Below are positions 57,332 to 64,000 of a DNA stretch of 64,000 nt, one piece after another. The stretch's first letter is position 1; every line of letters starts with the position of its first letter. The notes beneath the pieces are model-generated. The model did no database searches and was not told where the DNA came from. It worked only from the letters and a program-made list of their open reading frames with translations. The position numbers and the translations under genes were made by a program. The stretch covers positions 32,001-96,000 of the forward strand of contig JAVVGL010000002.1 in assembly GCA_032249135.1 (NCBI GenBank). Reading direction: 5' to 3'. This DNA comes from Candidatus Calescibacterium sp. GTDB taxonomy: Bacteria; Calescibacteriota; Calescibacteriia; Calescibacteriales; Calescibacteriaceae.

Positions 57332-58411
57332 ATGGAAAAATCAGAGGGAGAAATTACAATTTCAGATAATATAAGTGAAATTCTCTCATCTATAACATCT
57401 GCAGAAGAGAGGACAATGATACCGGGAAGGAAATGTCTCATAATAGATGACTCCAAATTTATACGTGAGCAAATAAAAAAAATTCTTTGTGATAACAAAT
57501 TATTTGCCCCAGAAGATATAATAGAAGCCGTAGATGGTCTTGAAGGTTTCAAAAAATATATAGAAAATCTTGAAAACCTTGACCTTGTTTTATGTGATGT
57601 CCAAATGAGGAACTTAGATGGTATAAAATTCGTAGGAATGGTAAAAAACTTTGAAGAAAAAATAAGGAATGAAGGTAAAGCTTACCTATATTTCCTTACA
57701 AGAATAACTCCTATAATTATAATAACTGCCACAGCAACGAAAGATGAAAAATTTAAAGCTTTGCAACTCGGAGCAATAGATTTTATACTCAAACCATCTC
57801 AGGAAATAACTTTTGAAGATTTTGAGAGAGAAATAATAATCCGTTCAAAAAATCATATCTTTCTGAAAAGAAGTCAGGAAATGCTATTTCAGACAAGTCT
57901 GAAACTTCGTCAAGCTTCAATTATAGACCCCCTTACAGGAGTCTTTAACAGAAGATACATGAATGAAATTTTAAATCAGGAAATATCAAGAGTTGAAAGA
58001 AAAGGTGGTATAATATCTGCGATGATAATTGATTTAGATAATTTCAAAAAAATAAACGACACATACGGGCACATCGTAGGAGACAATATTTTAGTGGAGT
58101 TCGCAGAAAGAGTAAAGAAATTGAAGAGAAAATATGACTATGTAGTAAGATACGGAGGAGATGAATTTTTAGTTATTCTTCCTGAAACGAGAATAGATGG
58201 TGTAGAATCACTTTTTGAAAGACTTATAAGAGGATTTGAAAAAGAACCCCCCATGATTGGTAATTCTAAAATAACTTTGAGGTTTTCTGCTGGTGCGTCA
58301 TTTTTCCCATCACCAAAAACCAGAACAGCCGAAGACCTAATAAGGAATGCGGATAACGCTTTATATGAAGCAAAAAAAAGTGGAAAATCGTGCATCAAAT
58401 TTTTTTATTAA
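57332..58411 (+). CDS. Response regulator-GGDEF diguanylate cyclase
   Basis: REC domain IIDDS...LCDVQM...DG...KP; DPLTG, DLDNFKKINDTYGH, I-site RKYD, RYGGDEF, ADNALYEAK. Confidence 0.93.
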   Translation: MEKSEGEITISDNISEILSSITSAEERTMIPGRKCLIIDDSKFIREQIKKILCDNKLFAPEDIIEAVDGLEGFKKYIENLENLDLVLCDVQMRNLDGIKFVGMVKNFEEKIRNEGKAYLYFLTRITPIIIITATATKDEKFKALQLGAIDFILKPSQEITFEDFEREIIIRSKNHIFLKRSQEMLFQTSLKLRQASIIDPLTGVFNRRYMNEILNQEISRVERKGGIISAMIIDLDNFKKINDTYGHIVGDNILVEFAERVKKLKRKYDYVVRYGGDEFLVILPETRIDGVESLFERLIRGFEKEPPMIGNSKITLRFSAGASFFPSPKTRTAEDLIRNADNALYEAKKSGKSCIKFFY

Positions 58412-58424
58412 AATAATAATCATT

Positions 58425-58622
58425 ATGGCAAGATGTTATTTCTGCGGTAAAACCACACAATTTGGGCATAATGTTTCTCATGCGGGAAACAGAACTCCAA
58501 GAAAATTCAAAGCAAATATAAAAAGAGTGAGAGCAATAATACAAGTAAATGGAACAAAAATAAAGAAAAGATTAAATGTCTGCACAACTTGCATAAAAAT
58601 GGGGAAACACCTTGGAATGTAA
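58425..58622 (+). CDS. rpmB: 50S ribosomal protein L28 (Zn-ribbon form)
   Basis: MARCYFCGK...GHNVSHA.NRT.R.F.AN...VCTTCIK; start ATG 58425. Confidence 0.93.
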   Translation: MARCYFCGKTTQFGHNVSHAGNRTPRKFKANIKRVRAIIQVNGTKIKKRLNVCTTCIKMGKHLGM

Positions 58623-58688
58623 AACAGCCCAAATCAAATCAGACTGCAAACAGAAATAAAATTAAAATAAGTCATTAAATTCTTATAT

Positions 58689-60812
58689 ATGAGGATAAAG
58701 GAAATATGTGATGCTATCACAAGTTACCACCCATCTCCTGACCTTTCGCTTATAAAAAGAGCGTATATTTACGCTTGCTATTATCACAAATCTCAAAAAA
58801 GGCTCTCGGGAGAGCCATATATAGTACATCCTCTCGGCGTTGCCAAAATTCTGACAGAACTTAGAGCAGATGACAAAACAATAGCAGCTGGATTACTACA
58901 TGATATAGCCGAAGATACTCCCAACACAATAGAAGATATAAAGAAGCATTTCGGAGATGAAGTCGCTTTCCTCATAGACGGTGTAACTAAAATTTCAAAA
59001 TTCAAAATAAATTTGAATGCAGATGAAAGACATATAGAGAACCTCAGAAAAATGTTCGTATTTATGGCAAAAGATGTGAGAGTTGTTCTGATAAAGCTCG
59101 CGGATAGACTTGATAACATGCGCTCAATAGAATTTCTCCCGGAAGAAAGCAGGAAAAGAATGGCAGATGAGACACTAAAAATCTTTGCCCCAATAGCCCA
59201 CAGATTAGGTCTATACAATATAAAAACTGAACTTGAAGATAGAGCATTTGAAGTACTATATCCCGAAGCAGCAGAGTACATAAAAAAGAGGTTAAAAAAA
59301 ATAAGGGAAGAAGGAGAAAAAATAATCAAGGAAACTGAGAAAAAAGTTGCAGAAATATTAGAAAAAGAGGGCATAGAAGGGTTCAAAATAGAAAGTAGAA
59401 TAAAGGGAATTTACAGCATATGGGAAAAAACAATAAGGCAGGGAATTGATATTGAAAATATCTACGACATAATAGGTCTGAGAATAATAGTAAAAACAAT
59501 TCCAGACTGTTACAGAGTTTTAGGAGTGCTACATTCGTATTTCAAACCCATCCCAGGTAAATTCAAAGATTACATCGCTATACCAAAGCCGAACGGATAC
59601 AAATCTCTGCATACAAAAGTTATACTACCTGGAGGTAATAAGGTTGAATTTCAGGTAAGAACATATGAGATGCACAAAGAAGCAGAAGAGGGAATTTCAG
59701 CTCATTGGGCATACAAAGAAAAATCCCCTATATCCCAAGCTGGTATGAAGATTTTCTCATGGCTCAGAAATATCCTTGAGCTCTCAAGAGAAACCCCAGA
59801 GTATGAGGTTGAAAAAATCGTTGAAGATATATACCCAGATGAAATATATGTCTTTACTCCGAAAGGAGATGTGAAAGTTTTACCAAGAGGAGCAACCGTT
59901 TTGGATTTTGCCTATTCCATACATTCCGAACTCGGAGCAACTTGTGTGGGAGCAAAAGTGAACGGGAAACTCCAACCAATAGACTATACACTCAAAAGCG
60001 GAGATGTAGTTGAAATACTTACTTCAAAGAATCAGAAACCAAAAAGGTCTTGGCTTAACATCGTTATAACTCAAAGAGCAAAATCAAGAATAAAACAGTT
60101 TATAAATAAAGAAGAAAAACAAATAGCAAGGGAGATAGGAGAAGAAACTCTAAAAAAAGAATTGAGGAGATTAGGAATAAGTTTTTATGATATAATAAAA
60201 ACGGGTCAGCTGCACAAAGTCATAAACTCCCTGAATATAAAAGACCTTGGCGAACTCTTTATACTTTTAGGATCAGGGAAAATAAGTGTAAATTATATAA
60301 TTAAAAACCTAAAAAAATTTCTTAACGGGCAAAAATTAGAAAAAGGAGAGGAAAAAGAAAGCATCTCACAAGAAAAAGAAGAAATAAAAGAACTTCGTGG
60401 GAGTCTCAAAGGAATAAAGACTCGTTTTGCCCTTTGCTGCACACCCGTGTATGGAGACGAAGTTGTAGGATATATAACCCGTGGATATGGCATAGTAATT
60501 CATAGAAAAGATTGTGAAGAACTTTCTCATCTTGACAAGGAAAGGCTCATCAAAATACCGCAAGATGAACTCCCCAACGACCAATATATAAGCAGGATAA
60601 GGTTTTTTGCAGATTCCCAGGAAGTTATATCAGATGTTATAGCAAAAATAAAAAAGGAGGGTTTTGAGGTGAAGGAATTTAGAGCAAAGAGCAACAACGA
60701 AAAATTTGAGTTTGAAATAAGAGTAAAAGTTAAAGATAAATCAGATGTGGAAAAAATTATATCTGAACTTTCATCTATGAAAAACATACAAAATATCGGG
60801 AGAGCAATTTAA
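58689..60812 (+). CDS. rel: Bifunctional (p)ppGpp synthetase/hydrolase (Rel/SpoT)
   Basis: SGEPYIVHP, LLHD (HD intact), KLADRL, KDYIAIPKPNGYKSLHT, TGS domain VFTPKG...DFAYSIH, CC motif, ACT-like end. Confidence 0.95.
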   Translation: MRIKEICDAITSYHPSPDLSLIKRAYIYACYYHKSQKRLSGEPYIVHPLGVAKILTELRADDKTIAAGLLHDIAEDTPNTIEDIKKHFGDEVAFLIDGVTKISKFKINLNADERHIENLRKMFVFMAKDVRVVLIKLADRLDNMRSIEFLPEESRKRMADETLKIFAPIAHRLGLYNIKTELEDRAFEVLYPEAAEYIKKRLKKIREEGEKIIKETEKKVAEILEKEGIEGFKIESRIKGIYSIWEKTIRQGIDIENIYDIIGLRIIVKTIPDCYRVLGVLHSYFKPIPGKFKDYIAIPKPNGYKSLHTKVILPGGNKVEFQVRTYEMHKEAEEGISAHWAYKEKSPISQAGMKIFSWLRNILELSRETPEYEVEKIVEDIYPDEIYVFTPKGDVKVLPRGATVLDFAYSIHSELGATCVGAKVNGKLQPIDYTLKSGDVVEILTSKNQKPKRSWLNIVITQRAKSRIKQFINKEEKQIAREIGEETLKKELRRLGISFYDIIKTGQLHKVINSLNIKDLGELFILLGSGKISVNYIIKNLKKFLNGQKLEKGEEKESISQEKEEIKELRGSLKGIKTRFALCCTPVYGDEVVGYITRGYGIVIHRKDCEELSHLDKERLIKIPQDELPNDQYISRIRFFADSQEVISDVIAKIKKEGFEVKEFRAKSNNEKFEFEIRVKVKDKSDVEKIISELSSMKNIQNIGRAI

Positions 60813-60831
60813 AATTGGCATTATACAAAAA

Positions 60832-60861
60832 TTGACACTATCCATCAGAAAAAAGTAAAAT
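60832..60861 (+). promoter_or_regulatory. Putative sigma70-type promoter for a leaderless or short-leader transcript
   Basis: TTGACA (60832-37), 18 nt, TAAAAT (60856-61), 9 nt, ATG (60871). Confidence 0.6.
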
Positions 60862-60870
60862 TTTATAAAT

Positions 60871-61410
60871 ATGATTGAAGTTGCAATGGCAACCAATCTT
60901 ATTTTCCTCATACTTATGATAATTTTCGCTATAAAAATGAGAGCAGATTTTCAGGAACTCAAAAAGCAAATTCTTGAAAAAGATAAAAATAAGGAAGGAA
61001 AAGATGCAGAAAAAATAAGCGATTTGAAAGAAAAAATAGAACAAATAGAAATGAAAACAATCTCTCATGAGGAGAGAATAACATCCCTTGAATTTGATAC
61101 AAAAGAAATAAGAGAGAGAATTGGACAACTCAGTCAAATATCATCAGAAAACAAAGAAAAAATCAACCTACTTGAAAAGGTTTTAGCATCATTAAAAATA
61201 AAACAAAATGAAAACGAAAAAGAAAAGTATGTAGAGAAGGAACACACAGAAAAAAAAGAAAAGGATGCCGAAGCGGACAACATAAAAAAACTTGACATGG
61301 TTTTAAAATATGCTCAGGAAGGAAAAACAGAAGAAGAAATAGCAAAATTCACAGGACTATCTTATGAGGAGGTAAAGCTTATCCTTAAAATGAAAAATAA
61401 AGGAGAGTGA
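60871..61410 (+). CDS. Membrane-anchored coiled-coil protein with a C-terminal HTH-like motif
   Basis: N-terminal TM, coiled coil, YAQEGKTEEEIAKFTGLSYEEVKLIL (DUF2802/DUF6115-like pattern). Confidence 0.65.
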   Translation: MIEVAMATNLIFLILMIIFAIKMRADFQELKKQILEKDKNKEGKDAEKISDLKEKIEQIEMKTISHEERITSLEFDTKEIRERIGQLSQISSENKEKINLLEKVLASLKIKQNENEKEKYVEKEHTEKKEKDAEADNIKKLDMVLKYAQEGKTEEEIAKFTGLSYEEVKLILKMKNKGE

Positions 61411-61419
61411 AAGAAAAAG

Positions 61420-63519
61420 ATGAGTAGTTCCTCTCTAATTCTTATTGCTATATTTTCTCTTCATATAAAGAATGTCGGAATAAACGAAAAACCCACATTC
61501 TCCTATGTTGTAGTATATCTTGACAGCGAAAACTTCACAATATCAATAGAAAAAAAAGAAAAAATAATAAGTGTTCTTGTAGAAAATGCCGAACTCAAAT
61601 TCCATAAAACCCAGCTGGAACCTCGCGAGAAAAAATTCATAAGTAAGGTCGTGTTGAGCGAGATAAAAGAAAGCGAAACAAAAAAAAGCACAGCAATATC
61701 TACCATAATGAAAGACGAGAAATTAAAGTGGGATGTGAAAAAATCAAAAAATGGTATTCTAATATTCGTAGGTAAAGACATACCTTTCACAGAAAAAAAA
61801 GACATTGATGAGTTTTTAAAAAGTTCCGTGATGACAAGAAATTATAGAGCGCTTGACAGAATATTTTTCCTCACAGAAGTAGGGGATGAAGAAACAAAAG
61901 CAAAAGCATATTTCGCAATAGGAGAAATGATGTTCAAAATGGGTATTGAAAACCAATCAAACTTGTTGCTCCTGAGGTCTTCTACTTTTTACGGAGCAGC
62001 AGGGAGAAAATATCTTGAGTTAGGAGATATTCAAAATTTTGCTCTATCTTATATAAAATCATCGCAAGCACTAAGATGGGCTATGTTCTTTCCGGAAGCA
62101 AAGGCAAAAGTAGATTTCGCTCTTGAGAAGATAGAACAACTTAAAGCTCCCGTACCGAACTCAACAAAGATTATGCTTTTGTGCTCATCTGCTCTTGCAT
62201 CCATAGGAAGATCAAAAGCGGGCGAAGCAGCCGAAAAAATAGCAATTTTAGAAAAAGAATTCCTTGAAAAATTAAATCAATACGAAGGAGATGAATTTCA
62301 AGATATATCAGATTGTGTTTTCTCTGCTTTGGGATCGTATGAATATGAAAAAGGTGATTTTGAAAAAGCAGTGGAGTATTTGACACATGTATCGGAAAAG
62401 TTTTTGAAAAACGATCCAGTAGTTTTACCAAGGTATGCAAGAGCTCTTCTTAAACTTGGTAAAACCCATCTTTCAAAAAAGTATTTTTTTATGATGGAAA
62501 ATAGCAGATTCCGAGATTTCAAAGGTGAAGCCAAATTGGGATTATTTGAAAGTCTTTATAAGGAAGGGAATAAAAATTTAGCCATAAAATACTTGTATTC
62601 AGCTATAGAGAATTTCCCGGCAACAAAATGGGAAATAAAAGCAAGAATTATAGCAGTTCAGAACAGAGAAGATTTAAAAGATGCATATAGTTCCTTAGGG
62701 AAAAAAAGAATACCAAGGGATGACCCAATATTTTATCCAAAGGAAAACTTGAAGTTCATCATAACGAAGATGCAGCTGCCAGAAAGTCAAATTGCTCTTG
62801 CAGAATATCTGAAAATATTAAATGAAAGAATGAAAAATGTAGAAGGATTAAAAGATGATAAAGAGATAAGATCAGATATTGAATTTATTTTTTCAATACT
62901 ACCAGTTTTCAGAGTAATGAAAATACCCCCTGGTATAAGAGAAGAGGTGCAAAGCAATATAGGGAGTTTTTTAGAAAACCTTGTAAGCTTTGGAAACATA
63001 GTATATGCAGCTACATTATTCTTTTCGTTCAAAGAATTTCTCCCACCTCCATATCTTATGGATTACTCAAAAGTCCAAGCAGAATTTGAAAGATATGGAC
63101 TTCTTGAAGCCGAAGAAGAAAAAAATAAAATACTCCAACAATTTGAAGAAGAAAAAGATAAAGAAAGCTTTGTCCAAAAATTTGGAGAGAAAATTCCAGA
63201 ACTTTTTATAAAGTATGCCGAATTTCTTTTGAAAAAAGGGGAATGTGAAAAAGCATTCATAATTTTAGAGCAGAAAAAAGAGAAAGTTTATAAGTTTGAA
63301 GAATATAAAGATATGCTTTTCAGAATAGGTCAGTGCCTCTATGTTTTAAAAAGTAATCTTCTCCCTCAATTATGCAAAGAAGATAAAGAAAATATATTCT
63401 GCAAAGAATATCCATTTGAGACAACTTATGATAATGTTATAAAATCTCTATTTGAAGAATTAGAAAAAATACCCGAAAAATTAGAAGAAATAAGAATGAA
63501 AGTAATCAGCCAACAGTAG
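61420..63519 (+). CDS. Large exported TPR-repeat protein
   Basis: 699 aa with a hydrophobic N-terminus, a beta-rich N-domain, then TPR-like helices (AYFAIGE, ALGSYEYEKGDFEKAVEYL, AEFLLKKGECEKA). Confidence 0.7.
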   Translation: MSSSSLILIAIFSLHIKNVGINEKPTFSYVVVYLDSENFTISIEKKEKIISVLVENAELKFHKTQLEPREKKFISKVVLSEIKESETKKSTAISTIMKDEKLKWDVKKSKNGILIFVGKDIPFTEKKDIDEFLKSSVMTRNYRALDRIFFLTEVGDEETKAKAYFAIGEMMFKMGIENQSNLLLLRSSTFYGAAGRKYLELGDIQNFALSYIKSSQALRWAMFFPEAKAKVDFALEKIEQLKAPVPNSTKIMLLCSSALASIGRSKAGEAAEKIAILEKEFLEKLNQYEGDEFQDISDCVFSALGSYEYEKGDFEKAVEYLTHVSEKFLKNDPVVLPRYARALLKLGKTHLSKKYFFMMENSRFRDFKGEAKLGLFESLYKEGNKNLAIKYLYSAIENFPATKWEIKARIIAVQNREDLKDAYSSLGKKRIPRDDPIFYPKENLKFIITKMQLPESQIALAEYLKILNERMKNVEGLKDDKEIRSDIEFIFSILPVFRVMKIPPGIREEVQSNIGSFLENLVSFGNIVYAATLFFSFKEFLPPPYLMDYSKVQAEFERYGLLEAEEEKNKILQQFEEEKDKESFVQKFGEKIPELFIKYAEFLLKKGECEKAFIILEQKKEKVYKFEEYKDMLFRIGQCLYVLKSNLLPQLCKEDKENIFCKEYPFETTYDNVIKSLFEELEKIPEKLEEIRMKVISQQ

Positions 63520-64000
63520 CTTTCAGCTCTTCTATCGCTCTTTTTATTAACTCATCTATATTATTATTTTCCTGGTCGGTCTTAAAATGAGAAAAAAGTA
63601 AGAATATTTCAAAATTTCCCGAAGAACCCGGCGGAAAAGAGGGACAAATTCCTTTAATATGAAATATATCCGAAACCTGCATTATGACCTTCTTCACAGC
63701 AAGGTAAATTAGATTTTCATCTTTAAGAACTCCCCCCTTCAGGTACTTCCTTGGAACCTCAAAGTTAGGCTTACATAAAACTAAAATTTCCGGAACAAAT
63801 TTCAAAGCTCTTATCACTGGAATAGAAGATGTGAAAGAAACATCACAAGTAGCAAAATCTATCTTTTCTGGGAAAAAATCCTCGGTTATTTCCTTTGCAT
63901 CTTTTCCTTCGTAGAGAACTACTCTGGGATCGTTTCTAAGTTTTGGATGCAAAACTCCGACTCCAATATCTACTGCAAAAACTTTTTTAGCTCCACCTTC
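63506..64000 (-). CDS. tlyA: TlyA-family rRNA methyltransferase, 5' part outside the window
   Basis: The frame is open from the window edge: GAKKVFAVDIG..LHPKLRNDPRV, CDVSFTS, KPNFE, G..GNFE. Confidence 0.88.
   Translation of the reverse strand, partial: EGGAKKVFAVDIGVGVLHPKLRNDPRVVLYEGKDAKEITEDFFPEKIDFATCDVSFTSSIPVIRALKFVPEILVLCKPNFEVPRKYLKGGVLKDENLIYLAVKKVIMQVSDIFHIKGICPSFPPGSSGNFEIFLLFSHFKTDQENNNIDELIKRAIEELKATVG

Noticed and set aside
1074..63260. Numerous 60-200 aa ORFs antisense to or nested in long genes (e.g. 14167-14682, 39550-40038, 58793-59386)
   Set aside because: Most are Ser/Phe/Ile-rich mirror translations of A-rich coding strands or frame-shifted shadows of well-supported genes, with no motifs.
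1..64000. CRISPR array or cas genes
   Set aside because: All repeats found are 2-3 adjacent copies of 12-21 bp without unique spacers, and no Cas motifs were seen.

Overview
Gene-dense, AT-rich bacterial chromosome segment with about 60 intact protein genes, 2 tRNA genes and several decayed gene fragments. It contains no rRNA, CRISPR array, prophage or intact transposase. All annotation is from motif recognition by eye; no searches were run. The content points to a diderm (hldC/rfaE2, GT9 heptosyltransferase), flagellated (motAB, fliH, flhA), probably thermophilic bacterium (K/E/I-rich proteins, GC-rich tRNA stems, PDO-type disulfide oxidoreductase, archaemetzincin). It also carries GltG/AgmX-like and GspN-like proteins reminiscent of deltaproteobacterial lineages; the lineage is inference only. 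Most genes are housekeeping (recA, mutL, uvrC, dxs, argH, dapA, murG, ftsW, rel, ahcY, nuoB, nuoCD). The unusual features are architectural. (1) Normally conserved operons are dispersed into single genes. (2) Many start codons sit 3-9 nt after a TAAAAT/TATAAT box with no Shine-Dalgarno, suggesting leaderless mRNAs. (3) Several stop codons are echoed by 17-21 bp near-tandem duplications. (4) Intergenic gaps hold truncated foreign-looking fragments (IS701-like transposase, tryptophanase-like, DUF2283). The best candidates for uncharacterised biology are a tandem retropepsin-like protease pair with a diverged central region, a THEP1-NTPase/HAD fusion next to DUF429, a perfect CRP-type box with a DUF5939-type cyclase in the same window, a tRNA-Arg(GCG) abutting an ArsA/Get3-like ATPase, and an oversized FliH. 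I could not demonstrate a complete new multi-gene system from sequence alone.
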